Source of the DNA: a virus
Lineage: Duplodnaviria > Caudoviricetes
Length of the DNA stretch: 64,000 nucleotides
IMG/VR virus record: IMGVR_UViG_3300024344_003081
Strand: one strand, 5' to 3'
Shown: in pieces, positions 20,352-29,294 of the stretch
How the letters are laid out: each line of letters opens with the position of its first letter
Numbering within the stretch: the first letter of the stretch is position 1
The notes under the pieces: generated by a model
The model's input: only the letters and a program-made list of their open reading frames with translations
What the model was told of the DNA's origin: nothing
Database searches by the model: none
Program-made: the position numbers and the translations under genes

Positions 20352-20963
20352 ATGCCTTTATGGGGAACAGATGGTGATGTTGCAACCAATAAGCCTAAAT
20401 TTTTGCCCGATGATACAAATAGTCCTTATGATAAGACTATGGTTTTTGCAAATCAATCAGGCTGGGCAGTAACAGGCGCCGCAACTGGTAATGGAAATGC
20501 AGATGCTACTCCAGAAGTTCTTGTAGCAATTCGTGGTCTCGCTGGAGCCACGGCCGCAACTGGACTAAAACATCCAACTATGACAAATTTCAGAGTACTT
20601 ACTTCGGCCGCTCATGGTACTGGAAGTAATATTGTATTTGAAATCATCTATGATGAACGAATAAAGTATACTGCTGGATCTGCGGCCACTTTTCTTTTGA
20701 CTGCATCAGCAGGCGGAAACGTAACTGCAACACTTACACACCTAAATGGAACAGCATTAGCAACTGGTGGAGTAGGAAATAGATTGAGATTTACTGCAAC
20801 CAGTGGTGCCGCAGGAACTTTTACTCTTGCGGATGATGTAGCAATGGGAAATCGAACAGATTTATCTGATAATATTTCTGGAACTGCCTTAGAAGCGGCA
20901 TCAGGACTACTTAGTTCTGCAGTTAAGACTGCAATAGGTGTTTCAGTAATAACAATTGCATAA
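20352..20963 (+). CDS. Probable virion structural protein
   Basis: MPLWG...KPKFL N-terminus, Ala/Gly/Thr-rich; strong SD AGGAG. Confidence 0.55.
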   Translation: MPLWGTDGDVATNKPKFLPDDTNSPYDKTMVFANQSGWAVTGAATGNGNADATPEVLVAIRGLAGATAATGLKHPTMTNFRVLTSAAHGTGSNIVFEIIYDERIKYTAGSAATFLLTASAGGNVTATLTHLNGTALATGGVGNRLRFTATSGAAGTFTLADDVAMGNRTDLSDNISGTALEAASGLLSSAVKTAIGVSVITIA

Positions 20964-20991
20964 TATAATTGATTTTTGAAAAAAGGTTATA

Positions 20992-21291
20992 ATGGAAGAA
21001 GAATATAATGAAGAATTTGGTAATAATGTTCCTGATCTTAACATTGAAGAAGAGACTCCTTTTGTAGGAAGTATAAGTACTACTGCAATGGAGTCTCATA
21101 CTTCTATTCTTGAAAAGAAATTGCTTGAAATTGAAGATATGTTTGAAGGTCAAGAAGAAGAATTAAAAGCTCTTGCAATTGAGAAAGAAGAGCTAAATAA
21201 TAGAGAAGAAGCCGTGAAATACGAATTAAGCGGATTACATGGCGCTAAAGTAGTTTTACAACAATTAATTGAAGAAGCAAAAGATTCATAA
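20992..21291 (+). CDS. Hypothetical acidic coiled-coil protein
   Basis: Glu-rich heptad pattern. Confidence 0.55.
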   Translation: MEEEYNEEFGNNVPDLNIEEETPFVGSISTTAMESHTSILEKKLLEIEDMFEGQEEELKALAIEKEELNNREEAVKYELSGLHGAKVVLQQLIEEAKDS

Positions 21292-21346
21292 ACCGGTCTT
21301 GGCTGAGTCCCAGCAACTTCACCGCTATTATTAAGGAGTTAAAGCA

Positions 21347-22135
21347 ATGGCTGACAAAAAGATGACGGATCTGACCGATCTTACTACTGGAGTAGCATCC
21401 GATGATATTATTCATATAGTAGATGATCCATCAGGTAGTCCTGTCAATAAAAAAGTTAACGTTTTCAATCTTTTTGGAAACTTAAATCATTCTACAAATA
21501 CGGGTGATGCCACTGGCAGATCATTCGTTTCTACATCTATTTCAACTTCACTTGGTACAACTGCAGGAGATATTGCATCATTTAATGCACAAACAACACA
21601 TGATCATAGAACAGGTGATGCTAATTCAGTAGTTAATGTCTATGGAGCTAAAATAGATGCAAATCTTTCGGGTTCTAATTCAATAGTCACTACTGCCGCC
21701 GCAGGTGCAAAAATCACTCTTAATATGACAAATGGTCTTCACAAAGATAACGTGAATACTTCATATACTGGCGGTGTTACAAGAACATATGGTATGATGA
21801 TTGATGTTAATGATGATGCTGGTGATAGAGCAACAAAACCAGATGCATTTATTAGTTTAAGAGACCTTGGAGGTGGTATGGCATCAACTAATGCTAATGA
21901 TCCATCTGCACAAGCAGTACACTATTTTGTTGAACTGGGTTCAGAGCTTGGTGCCGCAGGTAATCAACATGGACATGTTGCCGCTTCGGCCGCCGCTAAT
22001 ACAACAGCAAGAGATTCAAATCTTATTATGTTTGCAACTGCTACTGCTGATATTACATCTAATGCTAGATTGCGAATGAAAGTAAATGGAACTGAATACT
22101 GGTTGTTAGCAACCGCTAATGGACATCTTAGCTGA
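21347..22135 (+). CDS. Probable tail/fibre-associated structural protein
   Basis: MADKKMTDL...IVDDPSGSPVNKKV N-terminus shared with next gene; Ala/Thr/Asn/Gly-rich. Confidence 0.6.
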   Translation: MADKKMTDLTDLTTGVASDDIIHIVDDPSGSPVNKKVNVFNLFGNLNHSTNTGDATGRSFVSTSISTSLGTTAGDIASFNAQTTHDHRTGDANSVVNVYGAKIDANLSGSNSIVTTAAAGAKITLNMTNGLHKDNVNTSYTGGVTRTYGMMIDVNDDAGDRATKPDAFISLRDLGGGMASTNANDPSAQAVHYFVELGSELGAAGNQHGHVAASAAANTTARDSNLIMFATATADITSNARLRMKVNGTEYWLLATANGHLS

Positions 22136-22150
22136 TAAAAGGTTAAATAA

Positions 22151-24463
22151 ATGGCAGACAAACGCATTTCGGGACTGCCTTCACTATCATCTGCGGCCAG
22201 AGAAGACTTATTATTGGTCGTAGATGATCCAGCGGGGACTCCCTCAAATAAAAAAGTAACATTAACACAATTTTTTTCAAATGTTGAACCTGAAATAGTG
22301 TTTGCTAACACTAAAGCATTAGGTAGTTCGACTAATGCTTCTGTTATTTTCAAAGGCGGTGTTGCTGTTAATGATAGTGTTAAAGTTGATACAGATTTGA
22401 CAGTAAATGCTAATGCAACTATAAATGTTGTTACAATGACCGCCATACATTCCAATGTACAACCAGGAACAAATGCTACTCATGATTTAGGTAATACAAC
22501 TATAGGTTGGAAAAATGCATATGTAGGAATAATTTCTGGTGATACTGAATCCAATCTGTTACTCGCCGCAAATACTAATGCTTCAGCAAATATTACATTT
22601 ACAGGCGGATTAGTTCATATAAAAAGCAATTCTACAATTGCTGGTCAAGATACTACAATTACATCAAATGCATCATTTACAGGAAATGTAATTGCTTCTG
22701 GACCAAATACTCATATTGCATCGAATTCTACAATAGCAGGAGCAAATACTGTAATTACAGCCAATGCACTTTTTTCTGGTGCTAATGTAGTTATTGATGG
22801 TACAAATGCACATATAACATCAAATACTACTATAGCAGGAACGAATACAGATTTTACATCTAATACACTTTGGATTTCTGATCTAAATCGTTTTATGGGT
22901 TCTAATACTCAATTTACAACCAATGCTTATTTTCAAGGAACGGATGTAAGGGTTACAGCAAATATTCATATGAGCGGTTCAAATGTTCATATTCAAGGAT
23001 CAAATACGTTTGTTTCTTCAAACACAACATTAAAAGGAACAAATACAGATATTACATCCAATGTTACTATGACTTCAAATGTAGCATTGACTTCAGCGGT
23101 AGATTCTACAAGTAATACATCTGGTGCTTTAGTAGTATCAGGTGGTGTGGGTATTCTTAAAAGTGCAGTTATTGGTGGAAATTTAAGATGTCATGGAAAT
23201 ATACATGCAAACGGAAATATTACGGCAGATGGCGGAACAATCACTCTCGGTGATTCTGCGGATGATACAGTAACATTTAATGCTGATATTGGTTCTGATA
23301 TTATTCCAAATGTGGACTCATCTTCTGATTTAGGAAATACCACACATAGATTTGCAAATGCTTATATTGATGATGTAGTATTAACAGGGAATCTTGATGT
23401 GGGTGGTACAGTAACATCTACAGGAAATGTAAGTGGAGCATTTGGAATATTTTCTGATAATGTATCAATTGGAACCGATAAATCATTAACATTTAGAGAT
23501 GCTACTTTAGAAATTAATTCTCCAAATGATGGAGAAATAGAAATTACTGCAGATGATCTTATTACACTTACTGCAACTGCAAATGTGGAAATAGATTCAG
23601 CAGTCTTAAATGTCACATCGAATACAACTGTAGGAGGCACAAATACAGTTATTGGTTCGAATGTTACGATAAATGGTGCAAATACAGTTATTGCTAGTGC
23701 AAATGTAAATCTTACTGGAGCTGGAGCAACTATAGATGGTACATTAATGAATGTTAAGTCTAATGTTGTTATGTCAGGAATTACAACTCTGGGAGTAGAT
23801 GGTTCAGGTAAAAACTTTACAGTTTGGGCTAATACTTCTGGACAAAAAATTCAGTTAAAAGCAGATTCAGATCAATTTATTGCAAATACACAAATTGAAA
23901 GTAGTGAAAAAATTCGGTCTGATGGTGATGTTTTTGTAGCAAACGATTGTTCTCTTGTATTTGGTAGTCAATTTAAAATTATGGATACTGCAAGTACAAC
24001 TGGTTTTCTTTTACAAGAAGACGGAACTGCGGCAGGAAGTGGAACTGAAGGTGGAAGACTTGATTTAGAAGCAAGTCATACATTAACTCATAATACATCT
24101 GCTGGATTTATTTTTAATGATAATTTAAGAACCGATAAATCAATTGCTCTCTATGGTGCAACTCTCACTTCTGCTACAGTTGGAGATGCCGCAGGTGTTT
24201 TTGCAGTAAAAAATGGAACTGCACCAACTGTTCAAGGAGCAGATCAAGCATATTTGTATGCAAAAGATGATGCATCAGAATCACACATATATACAATGGA
24301 TGAGGGTGGAAACGAAACAAAACTGGGTCCTCATAATGAAGATGGAGAATGGGAATTTTATTCCAGAAATGTTAAAACGGGAAAAGTTATGCGTGTTAAT
24401 ATGGAACGCATGATAAAGAAATTAGAAGAATTTACAGGAGAAAATTTTATAGAAGAAAATTGA
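22151..24463 (+). CDS. Tail fibre/spike-like beta-solenoid protein
   Basis: MADKRISGL...VVDDPAGTPSNKKV N-terminus; quasi-repeats such as SNSTIAGANTVIT; C-terminal EWEFYSRN...NMERMIKKLEE region. Confidence 0.7.
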   Translation: MADKRISGLPSLSSAAREDLLLVVDDPAGTPSNKKVTLTQFFSNVEPEIVFANTKALGSSTNASVIFKGGVAVNDSVKVDTDLTVNANATINVVTMTAIHSNVQPGTNATHDLGNTTIGWKNAYVGIISGDTESNLLLAANTNASANITFTGGLVHIKSNSTIAGQDTTITSNASFTGNVIASGPNTHIASNSTIAGANTVITANALFSGANVVIDGTNAHITSNTTIAGTNTDFTSNTLWISDLNRFMGSNTQFTTNAYFQGTDVRVTANIHMSGSNVHIQGSNTFVSSNTTLKGTNTDITSNVTMTSNVALTSAVDSTSNTSGALVVSGGVGILKSAVIGGNLRCHGNIHANGNITADGGTITLGDSADDTVTFNADIGSDIIPNVDSSSDLGNTTHRFANAYIDDVVLTGNLDVGGTVTSTGNVSGAFGIFSDNVSIGTDKSLTFRDATLEINSPNDGEIEITADDLITLTATANVEIDSAVLNVTSNTTVGGTNTVIGSNVTINGANTVIASANVNLTGAGATIDGTLMNVKSNVVMSGITTLGVDGSGKNFTVWANTSGQKIQLKADSDQFIANTQIESSEKIRSDGDVFVANDCSLVFGSQFKIMDTASTTGFLLQEDGTAAGSGTEGGRLDLEASHTLTHNTSAGFIFNDNLRTDKSIALYGATLTSATVGDAAGVFAVKNGTAPTVQGADQAYLYAKDDASESHIYTMDEGGNETKLGPHNEDGEWEFYSRNVKTGKVMRVNMERMIKKLEEFTGENFIEEN

Positions 24464-24470
24464 TAATATT

Positions 24471-24755
24471 ATGAAAAAAATTAAAAAAAATGAAACAGTT
24501 TTAGAAAAAGAATATACATCATTGTATGAAGATAATAAAAAAAGGAGTGATATTGTTATGATTGAAAAAATCGAAGCTGAACTTGAAAAATTAAACAATG
24601 ATAGAACTATGACAATACAGAAAATAAATCAGTTTGAATCAGAATTAGTAAATTTAAAAAATCATCTTAGTATGATCAGTGGAGCTATTCAAACATGTAC
24701 TTATTTTTTAACAGGTAAAGAAAAAAGTGAAAATGAAGAAGTAGTATCTAATTGA
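24471..24755 (+). CDS. Hypothetical coiled-coil protein (possible fibre chaperone)
   Basis: Heptad repeats; follows the fibre gene. Confidence 0.45.
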   Translation: MKKIKKNETVLEKEYTSLYEDNKKRSDIVMIEKIEAELEKLNNDRTMTIQKINQFESELVNLKNHLSMISGAIQTCTYFLTGKEKSENEEVVSN

Positions 24756-24765
24756 AAGAGAGATA

Positions 24766-25185
24766 GTGTTTGAAGACTTGAATAAAGATAATTTTATCTT
24801 ATATGCAATGAAATATTATGAGAATCCTCAATGTTTAAGTGAACAAGATTTTCATGATGATTTAAAAATTATAAAGTATTTAAAAAGATTATTAAATAGA
24901 TATCATTTGGGTGGTGAATTAAAAGAAAGATTAATCTTAAACCATTTAATAACATTAGGAAATGTTTTTCCTATTGAAGTTTTAACGAGAATATTATTTT
25001 TAAAAATATCTCAAAAATATTGGACCTATTTAAAAACTTTTTTAATATTTTTAGATTATATGCCAGATCAAATATCTAGTATAAATGGTGAAAAAATTAT
25101 TAGTAGTAATATAACAGTAAATTTAGAAATAGCAGATAGATTAAGAGAGATAATACCAGATGGGACTAGCATCAGCGGCAGGTAA
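24766..25185 (+). CDS. Conserved T4-like hypothetical protein
   Basis: NFILYAMKYYENPQC...DFHDDLK..KYLKRLL...ERLILNH motif set seen in marine T4-like phages; GTG start. Confidence 0.7.
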   Translation: MFEDLNKDNFILYAMKYYENPQCLSEQDFHDDLKIIKYLKRLLNRYHLGGELKERLILNHLITLGNVFPIEVLTRILFLKISQKYWTYLKTFLIFLDYMPDQISSINGEKIISSNITVNLEIADRLREIIPDGTSISGR

Positions 25186-25933
25186 CATATATTTTGTTTA
25201 TTCATTTATTAAAAGACTTGCAACTCCTTTTAAGAATACAAAAGCCTTTGAGTTGGGAATAATAGATGAAAATGGAAAAATTCTTAAAAAAAGAAGTAAA
25301 TTAAAAACCAAAGAAGAAAAAGAAGCATATACATTGTCAGATACATTGGTTTTTAATTTAAAAAAAGTTTTAGCGAAAGTTCCTGGTGGATCAACAAAAT
25401 TTGCTTCTTTTGCGGCGGCTTTATTTCTAATGAAAGAAGAAAATAAAAATGCAAAATTATACTATGATCAAACATTTTTAGAAAAAGAATATACATTATT
25501 TTTACAAGAATGTAAATATAATAAAAAAGAAATGAATCAATTAATAGAAGAAGTTGAACGTAGAGAAGAGGAATTAAATGAAGATGGATTGGCCGCTGGC
25601 GGTGGTGCTATTGCAGGACTTGGTGTAGAAAATCCTTCTATTCCAGGACAAGCAGAACCAGGAGTTAAGAGGAAGAAGAAAATAAAAAAAGGAAGTAAGT
25701 TTGCTGGTTCAGAAGTTTTTATGGTTAAACCAGAAACTTTTATGAGAGCAAGATATGGTAAGCGCCGTTATGCTAAATATGAACAGTATGTAGGCAATGA
25801 TGAAGTTGGAGAAGCAATTAGACAATATGGAAGAGCCAATCCAGGTAAACCTATTATTTTACAAGATGAGTTAACGGGTTCTATGATTTATCTTAAATAC
25901 GGGCGTAAAAATGCTAGATTTCACAACATTTAG
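25160..25933 (+). CDS. Conserved T4-like hypothetical protein
   Basis: FIKRLATPFKNTKAFELGIIDENG...TLVFNLKK N-terminal domain typical of T4-like phages near primase. Confidence 0.65.
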   Translation: MGLASAAGNIYFVYSFIKRLATPFKNTKAFELGIIDENGKILKKRSKLKTKEEKEAYTLSDTLVFNLKKVLAKVPGGSTKFASFAAALFLMKEENKNAKLYYDQTFLEKEYTLFLQECKYNKKEMNQLIEEVERREEELNEDGLAAGGGAIAGLGVENPSIPGQAEPGVKRKKKIKKGSKFAGSEVFMVKPETFMRARYGKRRYAKYEQYVGNDEVGEAIRQYGRANPGKPIILQDELTGSMIYLKYGRKNARFHNI

Positions 25934-26237
25934 AGAACAAACATCTTATCATGAAGAAATAGATGCTCTTGCAGAAAAATATGATATTAATCATAAAATT
26001 GCAAGTAAAGTAAAAGAAGAATTGGTTAAGAGAAATATAAATATTAGTGATACTGAAACTATTTCTTCTATTATTAGAATGTTTAAGTTGAGAGAAGAAC
26101 CAAAAAGTAAAAAACAATTACGAGCAGAAGAAAAACGGGGAAATTTGGATTATCTTTTAAATCAATTCAAAGATGATAAGACAAAAAAACAAGATATTAA
26201 TGATAAATTCAAATCAATTTTTGTGGGAGTAAAATGA
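25911..26237 (+). CDS. Hypothetical protein with capsid-targeting-like N-terminus
   Basis: MLDFTTFRE start; overlaps neighbours. Confidence 0.5.
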   Translation: MLDFTTFREQTSYHEEIDALAEKYDINHKIASKVKEELVKRNINISDTETISSIIRMFKLREEPKSKKQLRAEEKRGNLDYLLNQFKDDKTKKQDINDKFKSIFVGVK

Positions 26238-26866
26238 TAGCAAGAGACACACTTACAATACAGAATCATACAGAAGGAGATGGAACTGCCGCCAGATTAA
26301 CTAATATTGCGTTTCAAGGATGGTCTGATGGAGAAGATTCTGCTAATGATTATTTTAAGGGGTTTGGTTCAACTACATTTACTGGAAGTGGTTTAGATGA
26401 TCTTACATATGGTGGAGCTTATAATTCAACTGCTGTCAGAACTTATCGAGTGAAAATTGATGCGGCGGCCGCTACTGACACATATACTTGGTCAGAAGAC
26501 GGAGGATCAACATGGGAAGCGACTGGTGTTGCAATGACAGGATCTGCACAAGAATTAAATAAAGGAATAACTGTTACATTTGCCGCAACAACTGGTCATA
26601 CATTAAATGAATATTGGGAGATTACTACAATTATAACAACAACTGCTATGCATAAATTGGGCGAAATAGTTGTTGATCATGAAGGAACTTCTGCTGATGA
26701 TAAAGGAGAGTTGGTTGTAAAAACAAATAATGGATCAGGAGTAAATACAATTCAAACTTATCACTCTAATGGCGATGCAACTTTTTCTGCAAAATGTTAT
26801 AATTCTGATGGGGCACATGGTTTGATAACAATTAGAGACACTAGCGGAACGATTGTTAATACATGA
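26234..26866 (+). CDS. Probable virion structural protein
   Basis: Gly/Thr/Ala-rich; FTGSGLDDLT..G.Y, TYTWSEDGGSTW (Asp-box-like). Confidence 0.5.
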   Translation: MIARDTLTIQNHTEGDGTAARLTNIAFQGWSDGEDSANDYFKGFGSTTFTGSGLDDLTYGGAYNSTAVRTYRVKIDAAAATDTYTWSEDGGSTWEATGVAMTGSAQELNKGITVTFAATTGHTLNEYWEITTIITTTAMHKLGEIVVDHEGTSADDKGELVVKTNNGSGVNTIQTYHSNGDATFSAKCYNSDGAHGLITIRDTSGTIVNT

Positions 26867-26937
26867 AATAATGAAAAAACTAAATATTTCTACCACTGAA
26901 TTTATTGCGATGATCATTCAAAGTTTAAAAAGGTAAA

Positions 26938-27255
26938 ATGGTAAACAATAAATTCGAAAAATATTTCGTAGGTCCAATAAGTGCCGCTACTATAGCTATA
27001 GTTGGTTGGAGTCTCATTAATATTATAGAATTAAAAGAAGATACTGCTATACTAAAAACTGATATAAAACATCTAGTAAAAGCGGTTGATAAAAATACAC
27101 AAGCATTAACTAGATTATCTGATCAAATAGCTTATTCCTCCCCAACCTATCATGATGATTCTTTTGATATTGCAGATACTTTAGCTTTAAATAAAGATGT
27201 AAGTCCAGCTACACTTGAAAATAGAGATTGGGGATCAAATGAGTCAACTGAGTGA
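26938..27255 (+). CDS. Hypothetical single-pass membrane protein
   Basis: One hydrophobic segment followed by coiled coil. Confidence 0.5.
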   Translation: MVNNKFEKYFVGPISAATIAIVGWSLINIIELKEDTAILKTDIKHLVKAVDKNTQALTRLSDQIAYSSPTYHDDSFDIADTLALNKDVSPATLENRDWGSNESTE

Positions 27256-27400
27256 AAATGAACAAAAAGTTTATAAATTAGTTACATCTATAAAAAATAA
27301 AAATAAAGTTAAAGACTTATCTCCAATTTATAATTATGCTTATCAATTGAATGTATCCGATGAATCAATCCAAAAAATATTATCATTAGCCTCTTGGTGA
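27239..27400 (+). CDS. Small hypothetical protein
   Basis: ATG 27239 overlapping upstream stop; fills the gap before the primase promoter. Confidence 0.4.
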   Translation: MSQLSENEQKVYKLVTSIKNKNKVKDLSPIYNYAYQLNVSDESIQKILSLASW

Positions 27401-27429
27401 TTGACTTTCCTAATTAAATCTGATATAAT
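27401..27429 (+). promoter_or_regulatory. sigma70-type promoter of primase
   Basis: TTGACT (27401-27406), 17-nt spacer, TG-A-TATAAT (27424-27429). Confidence 0.75.
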
Positions 27430-27459
27430 TTTAATAAAACTTTAATTCCTTCGGGTATT

Positions 27460-28461
27460 ATGTCCATTTATATTGATGTAAAATATTTGAATCTGTTATC
27501 TAATCGTCTTCCGATATTTAAGCAAAAAAGAGAATTTCTTTGGAATTTTCGATGTCCTATCTGTGGTGATTCTCAAAAAAAATCAACAAAAGCTAGAGGA
27601 TATATTCATAGAAAAGATAATGATCTTTTTTATAAATGCCATAATTGTGGAGTAGGAAAATCTTTTTCAAATTTTTTGAAAGAGTTAGATGTAAGACTGC
27701 ACTCTGAATATATTATGGAAAGATATAAGACGGGGGAGAATAAATTTAGTAATTATCAAGAGCCCGAATTTAAATTTGAAACTCCAAAATTTCAAAAAAT
27801 TGATTTAAATATTCCTTGTGTGAAAGATTTAGAGGATGAACATTTTTGTAAACAGTATGTGAAATCTAGAAATATTGAAGTCACTAAATACAAGTATCTT
27901 TATTTCGCACAAGATTTTAAAAAGTGGGTTGAAAGTTTAAATCTTGATATAAATTATGAATTAATAGAAGATGATCCTAGATTAGTCATACCTTTTTTTG
28001 ATAAAGATTATAATTTGATTGCCGCTCAAGGAAGATCATTGAGAGGAAAATCTAAATTAAGATATGTTACAATAAAAATTAAAGAAAATGCTCCCAAAAT
28101 TTTTGGGTTGAATACATGGGACGAAAATAAAACGACATATATAGTCGAAGGTCCGATAGATTCTTTATTTGTAGAAAATTCTCTTGCTATGGCCGGTGCT
28201 GATTTATCTGCATATAGAAAAATGTTTGATAATATTGATGTAGTATTCATTTATGATAATGAGAAAAGAAATAAAGAAATTGTTAAAAAGATGGACAGAA
28301 TAATTGCAAATAACCAGAAAATAGTTATTTGGCCAAGACATGTGATACAAAAAGACATTAATGATATGATTTTAAATAATGTAGATGTTATGAATATTAT
28401 TGAACATAATACCTATCAAGGATTAACTGCAAAAACAAAATTATTGGAATTTAAATTATGA
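27460..28461 (+). CDS. gp61: DNA primase (gp61)
   Basis: Zn ribbon RCPICGDS...YKCHNCG, TOPRIM VEGPIDSLF, DNEKRN, KDINDM. Confidence 0.96.
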   Translation: MSIYIDVKYLNLLSNRLPIFKQKREFLWNFRCPICGDSQKKSTKARGYIHRKDNDLFYKCHNCGVGKSFSNFLKELDVRLHSEYIMERYKTGENKFSNYQEPEFKFETPKFQKIDLNIPCVKDLEDEHFCKQYVKSRNIEVTKYKYLYFAQDFKKWVESLNLDINYELIEDDPRLVIPFFDKDYNLIAAQGRSLRGKSKLRYVTIKIKENAPKIFGLNTWDENKTTYIVEGPIDSLFVENSLAMAGADLSAYRKMFDNIDVVFIYDNEKRNKEIVKKMDRIIANNQKIVIWPRHVIQKDINDMILNNVDVMNIIEHNTYQGLTAKTKLLEFKL

Positions 28462-29294
28462 TAAGTGAAAAACAAGTGCATAAGCACGGTTTTGTGAAAT
28501 TGTTAGAAGTGATGGGTAGTGATGAAGAAGTTGAAAATGCCGCAAGAATTAGTTACGGAACTGGCACACGAAAAACAAGTCAAACAAGAAATCTAATTCG
28601 ATATTTAATGCGCCATCAACACACATCACCATTTGAGATGTGTGAAGTGAAGTTTCATTTGAAGCTACCGATATTTGTAATGAGACAAATTGTTAGACAT
28701 AGAACTGCTAATATAAATGAATATTCAGGTCGTTATTCTATTATGAGTGACGAATTTTATTTGCCTGCGGAAAAAGATGTACACGAACAATCAAAACAAA
28801 ATAATCAAGGTCGAGGAACAGAATTAGATGAAGACAACAAACAGCTTGTCCTTGGACGGATGTATGATGTTAATGAACATGCAAAAGGTTGTTACAGACA
28901 AATTTCACAGCCTAATGATTTAGATGGATTTTATGAAGGATTTAAAGGAATTGCTAGGGAATTAGCAAGAGTAATTTTACCAGTTTCGAATTATACAGAA
29001 TGTATCTGGAAAATAGATTTAAATAATTTCTTTAAATTTTGTAATTTGAGAATGGATTCTCATACACAACAAGAAACAAGAGATTATGCAGAAGCAATGT
29101 ATGAATTAGTAGAACCAAAGTTTTCCATATGCTGTGAAGCATTTGAAGATTATATGTTTAATTCTGTAACTTTTTCGCAGAAAGAAATGAAAATTATAAA
29201 AGACAATTTAAACGGTAGTTGGGTTATGTCTAAGTATGGATTGTCTGAACGAGAATCAAAAGAATTTTTAGAAAAACTGAAAGGAGTTGAATAA
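28458..29294 (+). CDS. thyX: FAD-dependent thymidylate synthase ThyX
   Basis: AARISY, HTSPFE, RHRTANINEYSGRY, ARVILP, HTQQETR. Confidence 0.96.
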   Translation: MISEKQVHKHGFVKLLEVMGSDEEVENAARISYGTGTRKTSQTRNLIRYLMRHQHTSPFEMCEVKFHLKLPIFVMRQIVRHRTANINEYSGRYSIMSDEFYLPAEKDVHEQSKQNNQGRGTELDEDNKQLVLGRMYDVNEHAKGCYRQISQPNDLDGFYEGFKGIARELARVILPVSNYTECIWKIDLNNFFKFCNLRMDSHTQQETRDYAEAMYELVEPKFSICCEAFEDYMFNSVTFSQKEMKIIKDNLNGSWVMSKYGLSERESKEFLEKLKGVE

